A stretch of 64,000 nt of DNA from an uncultured candidatus Porisulfidus sp. (GCA_965204575.1 OZ241993.1:448001-512000); one strand, 5' to 3'. Numbered from the stretch's first letter, positions 29,629 to 38,745 are shown. Program-made: numbers and translations. Notes: generated from the sequence alone by a model not told the origin.

Positions 29629-30191
29629 GGCTGGATGCGGTCAATCCGCATTTCAAACCGCTCCAGGTCGTCGCGCAACCGGTCCACCTCGTGTACGAAG
29701 CGGTCGAGTTCGGAGGAACTCGGCAACAAACCCGACTCCTCGTGCAGGTAGTCCCGGGCATTGCTTTCGGCCGCCCCGCCGAAGTTCCGGGCCACCTGCC
29801 GGCATTCTTCAAGGGTCCGCATCACCAGCCGGGCCGGCACGTCGCCGACGGCGCGCGACAGCAGTTCCTCCCAGTCGATGTCCAGGGCGGCCAGAAAGTC
29901 GCGCAAATCCTGCGCGATCTCGCCCTCGCCCTCCAGGTGGATTCCGTCGGCCCGGTCGCTGAGCACATACCGGACGAAGGCCGCCAGATGCCCACGGACC
30001 ACAAGATCTGCTTCTTCTCCCGGAGACCCCAGGGTCAATTTCCCTTCGTCTATATGCAATCCGATAGGAGGCAGCGGCAGGAGTTCCAGCCGAATCGTGC
30101 GCCGACCCATCGCCTGCAGGCGCTTCTGCGACTCTTCGTCGGTACGCAGGGCTTGGTCGATGAGGGCGGAAAGTGAGGCAGACATAGGCAT
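29625..30191 (-). CDS. ubiJ: Ubiquinone biosynthesis accessory factor UbiJ (SCP2 domain)
   Basis: LDIDWEELLSRAVGD, DYLHEES, C-terminal coiled coil; directly upstream of ubiB. Confidence 0.88.
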   Translation of the reverse strand: MPMSASLSALIDQALRTDEESQKRLQAMGRRTIRLELLPLPPIGLHIDEGKLTLGSPGEEADLVVRGHLAAFVRYVLSDRADGIHLEGEGEIAQDLRDFLAALDIDWEELLSRAVGDVPARLVMRTLEECRQVARNFGGAAESNARDYLHEESGLLPSSSELDRFVHEVDRLRDDLERFEMRIDRIQP

Positions 30192-30268
30192 ACAGCCGCT
30201 CTCGGAGCGGCGGGCTTTGTTTCAGATTATAGATTGAGGACAGGCCGACCCGTATAATTGTCAAAACA

Positions 30269-31048
30269 ATGTCCACGTACACGCGGCTGCTTTTTCTGGG
30301 GCTGCTGGCATCGCTCGGCGGTGCTGGCCAAGCGGCGGATTCGCCGTTCTCCTTGGGCTCGGACTCCGGGCCGCAGATCGCCGTACGACTGATTTCCGAC
30401 AAGGCCCCGGAGGAACCATCATCGGACGGCAGTATCGAGGAAGAGGGCGCGGAATCTCCAGAACAGGCGGAAGAAGGTGCGCCTTCCGCACAAACTCCCG
30501 GCGTCCCGGCCTCACAGGAGAACCGCGTCGAAGATCAAGGCCTTCCAGAGAGTCCGGAAGAGGGCCAGCCGGCCGCAGGGCAGGAGACAGCCGGTGAAAC
30601 CGAAGAACTCGGGATCGAAGACGGACTCGAAAGGGAGCCGGAACTTGCGGAACAGGCAAGTATCGAAGAAGGGCAAGAGAGGGAGCTTTCCCGAATCGAG
30701 GCCGTACTGAACCGCGTTGACCAGATCCTGCTGGACGCGGGAATCCGGGCCCGCAAAGAGCGGGAAGGAAGGGTCGACGGCGACGGGACAACAGATAAAG
30801 ACTTGCCGGATTGGGAGACACAGGGCGAAGGCGAGGGGGAAGCTGCAGAGGAAGAGGCCGAACGCGGCGGAGTCGCCGAGGGCCAAGTTCCCGGCGATGT
30901 CCCGACCGGCAAGACGCGTCCGACTCACGGCTACGAGAAAGACGACGACATCGTGACCCGGCAGGTCTGTGAACTGGCGGAACGGGAAGAAGACCCCGAG
31001 GTCCGCAAACAACTGGAGCAAAAATGCAAAAGTCTGAGAGACAGTTAG
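30269..31048 (+). CDS. Secreted, acidic, largely disordered hypothetical protein with a small C-terminal helical domain
   Basis: Signal peptide; E/G/P-rich body; C-terminal DDDIVTRQVCELAEREEDPEVRKQLEQKC. Confidence 0.7.
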   Translation: MSTYTRLLFLGLLASLGGAGQAADSPFSLGSDSGPQIAVRLISDKAPEEPSSDGSIEEEGAESPEQAEEGAPSAQTPGVPASQENRVEDQGLPESPEEGQPAAGQETAGETEELGIEDGLEREPELAEQASIEEGQERELSRIEAVLNRVDQILLDAGIRARKEREGRVDGDGTTDKDLPDWETQGEGEGEAAEEEAERGGVAEGQVPGDVPTGKTRPTHGYEKDDDIVTRQVCELAEREEDPEVRKQLEQKCKSLRDS

Positions 31049-32208
31049 CCCTGCTTACTTTGCTGCTGGCCTTCGCCGGCGGATGCCAGACCGGCATGTC
31101 CGGCATTTACGGAGGCCTGTTCGAAGAATCGTCGGAAGAGCCGGCTGTCGAGCCGGTGCCGGAAGAATGGTATCTGGATGCCGGCATTGTCCAGTTCAAG
31201 GGGGAAGTCGACAAGAAAGAAGTAGCCGAGGGGGATGTGTTCCCCCAGGTGCGGAAAGCCGAAACCCTGTATTTCCCCCAACAGCTGCATCAGGCGATGC
31301 TGCGCGGGGGCGGCTGGCGGCATGTATGGGTGGTGCCGGAACGCGCGGTTCCGGACCTGCGCATCGAGGGCACGATCCTGAAATCGAACGGCTCCGAACT
31401 GGATCTGAAAATCCTCGCCACCGACTCGACCGGCGAACAGTGGCTCAATCGCGTCTACCGACATGAATTCAATGAGGCCGATTATGCCGGCGAAGACCGG
31501 GCCCGACCGTTGGAAGCCCTGTTCGACCGGATCGCGAAGGACCTCCTGGTCGAACGCGACCGCAGGGGAGTGGCAGCCATGAAGGAAATCCGCGCCGTGG
31601 CGGAATTGCGGTTCGCGGAGGAATTCGCACCGCAGGCGTTCGAACGCTACGTCAAGGAACAAAAGGGCCGCACGCGCCTGATTTCCCTGCCGGCCGAAGA
31701 AGACACGTTGTACCAACTGGTACTGCAAATCAAGGAACGCGACGACCTCTTCGTCGAGACCCTGCAGCAATACTCGGAAAGTTTTGCGGAAAAGATCGAT
31801 GCCTCGTACCGCGACTGGGCACGACAGAGTTTCTACGAACGCCGTGCACATGACGAGGGAGTCACCGCCAGCGTGGCCCAAGGCCTTTTGAGCGCGCTGG
31901 CCGTCATCGGAGGAATCGTGGTGATGGCCGACTCCGGATCCTCCCAGCAGGCCCGACAGGCCAGCCAGATCGTGGTCGGGGCCGGAGCCGTTGGCCTCTA
32001 CGACGCCTACCAGGACTACGAAGCAACGGAAATCCACGAGGCCGCGCTCAAGGAGCTCGGACAATCGCTCGACCTGGAGGTGGAGCCCCAGGTCGTGCAA
32101 GTAGAGAACCAGACACGCACGCTTACCGGGTCGGTCGAAGACCAGTACCAGCAGTGGCACGAAATCCTGAACGAGATCTACCTGTCGGAACGTGGCGGCC
32201 TGAATTGA
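31024..32208 (+). CDS. Hypothetical lipoprotein
   Basis: LALLTLLLAFAGG-C lipobox-like signal; Gly/Ala-rich hydrophobic hairpin near the C-terminus. Confidence 0.72.
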   Translation: MQKSERQLALLTLLLAFAGGCQTGMSGIYGGLFEESSEEPAVEPVPEEWYLDAGIVQFKGEVDKKEVAEGDVFPQVRKAETLYFPQQLHQAMLRGGGWRHVWVVPERAVPDLRIEGTILKSNGSELDLKILATDSTGEQWLNRVYRHEFNEADYAGEDRARPLEALFDRIAKDLLVERDRRGVAAMKEIRAVAELRFAEEFAPQAFERYVKEQKGRTRLISLPAEEDTLYQLVLQIKERDDLFVETLQQYSESFAEKIDASYRDWARQSFYERRAHDEGVTASVAQGLLSALAVIGGIVVMADSGSSQQARQASQIVVGAGAVGLYDAYQDYEATEIHEAALKELGQSLDLEVEPQVVQVENQTRTLTGSVEDQYQQWHEILNEIYLSERGGLN

Positions 32209-32933
32209 TCCCAGTCGCACTGGCGCTGGCGGCGGGGCTAACCGCAGGAACCGCCGCGGCCGAGGGCATCCAGGATCGGGCACTTCGCGCCATGCTGGAT
32301 TCGGATTGGACCCGGGCGGTCGAGTTGTGGGCAAAGGTGGACGGGCAGCGAGCCCGGGAATACCTTCAGCAGGCCCGGGCGGAACTTCAGTATCAGCGAA
32401 CCCGGTCCCTGCTGGACGAGGCCCGTGCAGCCCGACAGAAAGAAGACTGGGCTGCGGCCGATGCCGCCTACCTCAAGGCACTGGCCATTTCGCCCCATTT
32501 GAAGCCGGCGCACCAAGGCCGAGAGCAGGTCGCCCTGTACATCGAGGCATACCGGCGGCTGGACGCGTTGAAACTGCCGGAAGGCCTCTACGACAAGGTC
32601 ATCCGAGCCCGGGCGAAAGAGTGGCTCGCCTTTGTCCGAGAGAAACGACTCGGTGACCGAAAGATCGACAAGGCTCGCACAGGGCTTGTGGAGGCATTGA
32701 AGCTGGCGCAAATCCCGGTCTCCCTGGTCCTGACTTCGGACAACCAGTCCGAAATTGAAATTTACGGCGTCGGGAAACTCGGGCGGCTCGAACGCCAGAC
32801 CCTGAAGTTGATCCCAGGTGACTACATCGTCGTCGCCAACCGGCCCGGATACCGAGATGTTCGCGCGACGCTGAAAGTGCGTCCCGGCAAGGCTCTTACC
32901 CTGGACATCCGATGCACGGAGTCGATCCGGTGA
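32205..32933 (+). CDS. Secreted helical (TPR-like) protein with C-terminal PEGA-like domain
   Basis: TTG 32205 overlaps the upstream stop; signal peptide; WAAADAAYLKALAISP; LIPGDYIVVANRPGYRDVR. Confidence 0.7.
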   Translation: MIPVALALAAGLTAGTAAAEGIQDRALRAMLDSDWTRAVELWAKVDGQRAREYLQQARAELQYQRTRSLLDEARAARQKEDWAAADAAYLKALAISPHLKPAHQGREQVALYIEAYRRLDALKLPEGLYDKVIRARAKEWLAFVREKRLGDRKIDKARTGLVEALKLAQIPVSLVLTSDNQSEIEIYGVGKLGRLERQTLKLIPGDYIVVANRPGYRDVRATLKVRPGKALTLDIRCTESIR

Positions 32934-34747
32934 TTCTTGAGCACGAACCGGTCCAGGCCAAGCCATACCGGCCGCCCAAGCGGGAAAGGCGCCGCAAACG
33001 GCCTTCAGCACCCCGATTCCGTGGGGCGGGGCTTGCGGTCCTGCTGCTGGCGCTGATGACGGCAGGAGCCTGGTACGCCATGGGGCAGGCGCAACTCATC
33101 AGCTTCGAGACCGATCCCGCAACCGCCACGGTGCACCTCGAGAGCCCGCACATGATGGTGAACGGGCAAGCCTTGCTCTGGCGTGGCCGGCATATCGCGA
33201 ATGTGGAAGCAGAAGGCCACTATCCCCGGCAGATCGAATTCCAGGCGGGAGGAGACGCGCCGCGCACCGTGCAGGTCACTCTAGACCCCTTGCCGGGCAA
33301 ACTCCGGGTTTCCACGACCCCTGAAACCGAGGGGAAAGTCCGGGTGGACGGCGAACACGCCGGGAAGATCGGAGAAATACTGGAGGATCTCTCCCCGGGT
33401 CGGCATGTCGTGCAGGTCAGCGTGGAGGGCTTCAAAATGCACCGGCAAACGGTAGAGATCGAGGGATACGGCCAACTGACCGAGATCGAGATTTCGCTCC
33501 AAAAAATCGCGGAACCCGCCTTGCTGACGATTTCCAGTACGCCCGAGGCCGCGGATATATTGATCGACGGCACTTGGCGGGGACGGACCCCGAAGCGGAT
33601 CGTGTTGACTCCCGATACCCGGGTGGAGGTCGCCCTGCTATTTCCCGGGCATGCCCCGGACCGGCAAACCTTTAAGCTGGAGCCCGGCCGGCAAAGCCAC
33701 ACAGTCACCCTGACACCACGCCTTGGCACCCTTGAACTTTGGCCGACGCCAACTAACGCGACGGTCCGCGTCGATGGACAGGTAGAGCTCCGGCGCCAAC
33801 TGCAGTTGGCACAGCGGGCCCATACCGTGGAGGTTTCCGCGCCGGGCTATGTAACAAAGAAATACACCGTGGTGCCCCACCCGGATACCCCGAAGCAACT
33901 TTTCGCCGTCTTGCAATCACAGGCGGAGGTCGAATACTCCCGGCGCCAGAAGCATGAACGGGGTCGCGGGCTGGTCTTCGTCGAGTTCCGGCCCCGCGAA
34001 TCGTTCGAGATCGCCACGACGCGCCGCCGCATCCCGGTGCGCCTAACCCGATCGTTCGCGATCATGGACAAGGAGGTCACCAACGCCCTTTACCGGCGCT
34101 ACCGGGCCGGACATGACTCCGGAGAAGTGTTCGGCAAGCGCCTGGACCGCCCGAGCCAACCGGTGGTGCGGGTCAGCTGGGCGGATGCCGCATTGTTCGC
34201 GAACTGGATGAGCGAACAGGTAGGGGTTGCGCCATTCTACCGGGTGCGCGACGGACAAATCGTGGGATTCGATGCGCAGGCGACCGGATACCGGTTGCCG
34301 AGTGAAGCCGAATGGGTCTGGTTGACCCGTTCCGGAAAGCGGCATGCCTGGGGTGACTTCATGCCGCCCCCGGACCGGTTCGGCAATCTGGCGGACGCTT
34401 CCGCCTCCGACATCGTGCAGCCGACACTGGAAGGATACAACGACGGGTATGCCGTCAGCGCCGACGTCGGAAGCTTCCCGCCTTCGGGCAAGGGGTTGTA
34501 TGATTTGCCGGGCAACGTGGCGGAATGGATGCACGACGTGTTTCTCGACAAGCTGCGGGTTTCGGCCCGGCCGGAGACAGAGCGAGTCAATCCGCTGGGC
34601 GAAGCCAGCGGCCAGTACTACGTTATCCGGGGATTCGGATGGCGCGACGGCGGGCGCAAGGAGTTGAGCCTGAGCAACCGCCGCTACGACCGCGACCCCA
34701 AGGACGACGTGGGGTTCCGGCTGGCTTATTACCTGGAGAAGCCATGA
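32930..34747 (+). CDS. Membrane-anchored multi-PEGA protein with C-terminal FGE/SUMF1-fold domain
   Basis: One N-terminal TM; repeated PEGA units (PGRHVVQVSVEGF, ISSTPEAADILIDG, HTVEVSAPGY); EVTN, PVVRVSW, YRLPSEAEW, GLYDLPGNVAEW, VGFRL. Confidence 0.85.
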   Translation: MILEHEPVQAKPYRPPKRERRRKRPSAPRFRGAGLAVLLLALMTAGAWYAMGQAQLISFETDPATATVHLESPHMMVNGQALLWRGRHIANVEAEGHYPRQIEFQAGGDAPRTVQVTLDPLPGKLRVSTTPETEGKVRVDGEHAGKIGEILEDLSPGRHVVQVSVEGFKMHRQTVEIEGYGQLTEIEISLQKIAEPALLTISSTPEAADILIDGTWRGRTPKRIVLTPDTRVEVALLFPGHAPDRQTFKLEPGRQSHTVTLTPRLGTLELWPTPTNATVRVDGQVELRRQLQLAQRAHTVEVSAPGYVTKKYTVVPHPDTPKQLFAVLQSQAEVEYSRRQKHERGRGLVFVEFRPRESFEIATTRRRIPVRLTRSFAIMDKEVTNALYRRYRAGHDSGEVFGKRLDRPSQPVVRVSWADAALFANWMSEQVGVAPFYRVRDGQIVGFDAQATGYRLPSEAEWVWLTRSGKRHAWGDFMPPPDRFGNLADASASDIVQPTLEGYNDGYAVSADVGSFPPSGKGLYDLPGNVAEWMHDVFLDKLRVSARPETERVNPLGEASGQYYVIRGFGWRDGGRKELSLSNRRYDRDPKDDVGFRLAYYLEKP

Positions 34748-34962
34748 AACGGCTTTGGTGGGTGTCCCTGTACGCGGCGGCGGCCCTGGCGTGGGCCGAA
34801 GAGCCTCCTGCACCGCAAGCGGAAGAAGAGGACCGCGAAGTCATCGAAGTCCTGACCGAGGAGGATCTCAAGCGGGAGGCCCCGCAGATCACGCTCAAGC
34901 AATTGACCCCGAAAGAAACCATTTCCCTCGACCAAGCCGTGGATATGCCCAGTGACATTTAA
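34744..34962 (+). CDS. Small secreted hypothetical protein
   Basis: ATG 34744; MKRLWWVSLYAAAALAWA signal peptide; acidic; ends ETISLDQAVDMPSDI; overlaps both neighbours. Confidence 0.65.
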   Translation: MKRLWWVSLYAAAALAWAEEPPAPQAEEEDREVIEVLTEEDLKREAPQITLKQLTPKETISLDQAVDMPSDI

Positions 34963-35833
34963 ACTGAACAACCTGACCGGGCGCTGGCGCGAACACGAAG
35001 TGTTCTGGCAATTGCTGGCGTTGGCGGTGTCGTTCGTGCTGGTGCACGCGGCGTATGAACTGGTGGTGCGCCCAGTCGCCTATGAGGAGTTGCAGCGCCA
35101 GGCCGTTGCCGAGGAACAGGCTGAAATCGCACCGCCGACGCTTGGCGCGCGGATCGCCGTAGTCGTCAAGGACTACGAGCAGGAGGCCTGTTTTGTCGCC
35201 CTGTTCTGGGCACTTGCCATCATGTGGATGAAGCTGATGAAGCTGCGCTTCGCGCGAAGGCTGCTGAGCCAGCGTGGCCGGCAAGACGAGGAGAGTTTCC
35301 TGGAAACCCGGGAAACCGATCTGGTCCTGCCTCAGGCGCATGACCGGGCACGCTTCACCGACGTTCGGGAGTACGTGCGAATGCAGGGCTATGGCAGTAC
35401 CGTGCTCTACCGGGCTGCCGACGCCTGTCTGGATCGCTTCTTCACGACGCATTCCGTATCGGACGCCACTGCGGCCATGAAGGCCAGTTGCGAGATGGAG
35501 TCGGACCGGCAGGACACCGAACTGGCACTGGTGCGTTACCTGACCTGGGCCATTCCTTCGCTTGGATTCATCGGCACGGTGCGCGGGATCGGCGCGGCCC
35601 TGGGGCAGGCCGAAGAAGCCACGCGCGGCAACATCGGGCCGGTGACGGAAAGCCTTGGCGTGGCATTCAATTCAACGTTTGTCGCCCTGCTGATCAGCCT
35701 GTTCATCATGCTGCTGCTGCACAAACTGCAGGAAGCCCAGGAGTCGCTGGTACTGGATGCCCAGGAGCATTGCCAGCATCACCTGCTGCGTTACCTGCGG
35801 GAGCGGACGCGGACGGATGAGCCTTCTTCTTAG
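34952..35833 (+). CDS. MotA/TolQ/ExbB proton-channel family protein
   Basis: AIPSLGFIGTVRGI and LGVAFNSTFVAL channel helices; two additional N-terminal TM segments. Confidence 0.9.
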   Translation: MTFKLNNLTGRWREHEVFWQLLALAVSFVLVHAAYELVVRPVAYEELQRQAVAEEQAEIAPPTLGARIAVVVKDYEQEACFVALFWALAIMWMKLMKLRFARRLLSQRGRQDEESFLETRETDLVLPQAHDRARFTDVREYVRMQGYGSTVLYRAADACLDRFFTTHSVSDATAAMKASCEMESDRQDTELALVRYLTWAIPSLGFIGTVRGIGAALGQAEEATRGNIGPVTESLGVAFNSTFVALLISLFIMLLLHKLQEAQESLVLDAQEHCQHHLLRYLRERTRTDEPSS

Positions 35834-36728
35834 AATCGACAGCTACGCGCTGGCACAGCCCGACGGCACCGACTGGCGGGTCGAGTGGTGCTTGGCCCGC
35901 CGGAATTCAAAAGACGGTTGGCGATTCGGCAAGGATGCAGGCGAACGGCTGCAGCCCCGACGCACCGACAAGGAAAACAACGAATACCTGGAAGCACCGG
36001 GGACGGGAGAAAGCCGAGGCACGTCGAATATCGACCTTGCGTATTTGCAGTTGCGGGAATTCCTGCCGGAAGGGGAAGGCCCGATCGACCTTTCGGTGAG
36101 CGGAGGCATTGATCAATTGCGGCTCGAATGCTTGCTGGGCGTGCTGGAGGCCTTGGGCTACACGCCCCGAAGTGTATTCCCGACCGCACTGCTGGCAGCC
36201 CGGGACCTTGAACCCGGCCGCCACGGCATCATCGAACTCGGGCGCAGCCGCAGCTGGGTCAGCACCATTGACGTCCAGCCGGACCGTGCGCGACTGGAAT
36301 CGGTCCAGGATTACGGAGACTTTGGCTTCTATCACCTCTTCACTCAATGGATGGAGAACGCGGCGGAGGCCTTCGCGGCCCAGCACCGCTTCGATATGCA
36401 TCGCAACCTCGCGGCAAACCGCGGGCAGCTGTTCGAACAAATGTGCCAAGGCTTCGCCGGGAAATCCGGACAGATCCGGCTCACTCTGGATTCCCGGCCC
36501 GTGACGCTGGACGAAAAGATCTTTCAGGCCCGCTGGCCGAAGTCTTCTCTCGATACGGAGGGGCTGGAGTTCCTGCTGCTGCCTCCCCTGACGCGGGTAT
36601 TGCCGCTGCCGGAACAGGGGTTGGGTCTCCCTCTCTGCGCCAATCCCACGCCCCAGGCCGTCTCCGACCTGGACGCCGCCGTGCCGGAAGACGGGCAAGC
36701 CCGCCGCTGCGTGGCTCTCTCCTGCTGA
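35817..36728 (+). CDS. Hypothetical cytoplasmic protein, probable degenerate actin/Hsp70 (ASKHA) fold
   Basis: ATG 35817; no signal peptide or TM; hydrophobic pattern aligns by eye with the Hsp70 nucleotide-binding domain. Confidence 0.5.
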   Translation: MSLLLRIDSYALAQPDGTDWRVEWCLARRNSKDGWRFGKDAGERLQPRRTDKENNEYLEAPGTGESRGTSNIDLAYLQLREFLPEGEGPIDLSVSGGIDQLRLECLLGVLEALGYTPRSVFPTALLAARDLEPGRHGIIELGRSRSWVSTIDVQPDRARLESVQDYGDFGFYHLFTQWMENAAEAFAAQHRFDMHRNLAANRGQLFEQMCQGFAGKSGQIRLTLDSRPVTLDEKIFQARWPKSSLDTEGLEFLLLPPLTRVLPLPEQGLGLPLCANPTPQAVSDLDAAVPEDGQARRCVALSC

Positions 36729-37772
36729 ATGTCCAGACGCCGCCGCAGCCGTTTCCTGAACCCGTTCGGCCTGGCTTTCCTGGATGTCATGTCCTGCGGA
36801 CTGGGGGCCGCGGTCCTGCTGTTCCTGATCATCGACCACAACCTGACCGAGCTGGCGCAGGCATCGGAAAGCGGCGAGGGAGATATGCAACTGCTGGAGC
36901 AGTCGATCCAGGAACAGGAAGAACTGATCACCGAGCACCGCAGACAGATGCGTCAACTGCAGCGCGAGCTGGAAAGCCTGGCGCAGCAGCGCGTGTCCGC
37001 CATCACCACCCAGGCCGAACTTAGCGCCCGCCAGCCGAAGGCATCCGACACGGCCCGGCTGGAACGGGAACTGCGCGAGCGCAAGAAGAAGCTCCAGGAA
37101 GCGGAGAAAAGCAAGCAGCTGAGGGCAAAAGAAGGAGAAGGGCAACGCCAGTACGTGGCCGGCTTCCGGGTCGAGGGCCGCCGCATCTTGATCCTGCTGG
37201 ATCGCTCGGCCAGCATGCAGGACGAGCGAATCGCCACGATCATCCGAAACAAGTTTCTCCCGGTGAAATACCAGGTCGAGAGCTACAAGTGGCGCTGGGC
37301 GCGTTCCATCTTCGAGTGGGTCCTCTCACACCTGCCGCAAGAGGCGCAATACCAAGTCTGGGGGTTCAGCACGACGGCGAAGCCGGCACTGCCGGGGAGC
37401 GGATGGCTGCCGGCAAAAGACGAGAAACGGATGGAAGAGGTCATCTCGGCCGTGCAGGGCTGGGTTCCTTCGGGGGGGACCCGCCTCGATACGACTCTCA
37501 AGGAGATTGCCCAGATCAAGCCCAGACCGGATGCAGTCTATCTGATTACGGACGGCCTGCCGACACAGGGAAAATCCTGGTTCAAGAAAAATCGGGTCAG
37601 CCCTTCCCAGCGCATGGATTTTTTCCAAGAGGCAACGGGAGGCATTGCGGGCCCGCCTTTCAACATTGTCCTGCTTCCGCTTGAAGGCGACCCGGCAGCG
37701 GCCGGGGCCTACTGGGGATTTGCGATGAGGACGAACGGGCAATTCCTCGCCCCGGCGGAGGACTGGCCATGA
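36729..37772 (+). CDS. Membrane-anchored vWA protein with ExbD/TolR-like N-terminal helix
   Basis: RRRRS...LAFLDVMSCGLGA TM; coiled coil; MIDAS LLDRSASM, GGT, ITDG. Confidence 0.85.
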   Translation: MSRRRRSRFLNPFGLAFLDVMSCGLGAAVLLFLIIDHNLTELAQASESGEGDMQLLEQSIQEQEELITEHRRQMRQLQRELESLAQQRVSAITTQAELSARQPKASDTARLERELRERKKKLQEAEKSKQLRAKEGEGQRQYVAGFRVEGRRILILLDRSASMQDERIATIIRNKFLPVKYQVESYKWRWARSIFEWVLSHLPQEAQYQVWGFSTTAKPALPGSGWLPAKDEKRMEEVISAVQGWVPSGGTRLDTTLKEIAQIKPRPDAVYLITDGLPTQGKSWFKKNRVSPSQRMDFFQEATGGIAGPPFNIVLLPLEGDPAAAGAYWGFAMRTNGQFLAPAEDWP

Positions 37773-38734
37773 GGCGCGTCCGCCGGCAAGCCGACAACCA
37801 TTTGTCGTTTCTCGACGTGGTCAGCTGCGGATTCGGGGCCATGGTGCTGTTGATCCTGATCACTAAAACCACTGTGGGTGAGCCGGTCGAAGACCTTCGG
37901 GCCCAAATCGAAGCACTGCAGGAACAACTCTCACGCATCATTCAGGTCCGGGCAAGCCTGGCAACCGAACAACTTGCGGTGCAAACCCGGGTGCACGCTC
38001 AGCAGGAGAAGCTGCAGGACGAGCGGAGGGCCGTAGAGGAAGCGCGGCAGGCGAACGCTGGCGCCCAGGCGCAGGCCCTGATCGAGGCAGACCTGAAGAC
38101 CGCGCTGCAACGCCTCAATGAAGAAATGCGGCGGCTGAACCTGACTGCATCCAAGCCGGATGTGATCGGGGGCATCCCGGCCGACAGCGAATACATCATC
38201 TTTATTGTCGACACGTCCGGCAGCATGAAACGGTTTGCCTGGGAGGCCGCCAGGCAGCAACTGGTGGCTCTGCTGGACGCCTATCCGAAAGTGCGCGGAC
38301 TCCAAGTGATGAACGACATGGGCACGTACATGTTCAGCGGCTACCGGGGGCGCTGGATTCCGGACACGCCCGCACGGCGGAAGGTCCTCCTGCAACGCTT
38401 TGACTCCTGGCATTCGTACAGCAATTCGAGCCCCGTCGAAGGCATTCTGGAAGCCATCAAGCGGTTCCGCATGAAGTCCGACAAAATCAGTCTGTACATC
38501 TTCGGCGACGAATATACCGGCGAGTCAATCCAGCGGGTGATCGACACGGTTGAAGATCTCAACTACCGGGATGGGGAGCGGCAGGTCCGCATTCATGCGG
38601 TCGGGTTCTTCACCCGCGCGCAGATTGAGAAGATTGATCCGAAATACGCCGACACCACCAGCCGGTTCGCGGCACTGATGCGGGAATTGACCCGGCGCAA
38701 CGGAGGGACTTTTCTAGGGGTTACGGTGGATTGA
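37769..38734 (+). CDS. Second membrane-anchored vWA protein with ExbD/TolR-like N-terminal helix
   Basis: RRVRR...LSFLDVVSCGFGA TM; coiled coil; MIDAS IVDTSGSM, FGDE; IHAVGF, NGGTF. Confidence 0.85.
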   Translation: MRRVRRQADNHLSFLDVVSCGFGAMVLLILITKTTVGEPVEDLRAQIEALQEQLSRIIQVRASLATEQLAVQTRVHAQQEKLQDERRAVEEARQANAGAQAQALIEADLKTALQRLNEEMRRLNLTASKPDVIGGIPADSEYIIFIVDTSGSMKRFAWEAARQQLVALLDAYPKVRGLQVMNDMGTYMFSGYRGRWIPDTPARRKVLLQRFDSWHSYSNSSPVEGILEAIKRFRMKSDKISLYIFGDEYTGESIQRVIDTVEDLNYRDGERQVRIHAVGFFTRAQIEKIDPKYADTTSRFAALMRELTRRNGGTFLGVTVD

Positions 38735-38745
38735 AACTTAAAGAG

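Noticed and set aside
34560-34747. FGE-fold C-terminus as a diversity-generating retroelement target
   Set aside because: No template repeat and no reverse transcriptase seen in the window
34952-38734. Zorya, flagellar MotAB or standard Tol/Ton assignment
   Set aside because: No OmpA-like peptidoglycan-binding partner, no long ZorA tail, no ZorC/D/E, and no TolA/TolB/Pal/TonB
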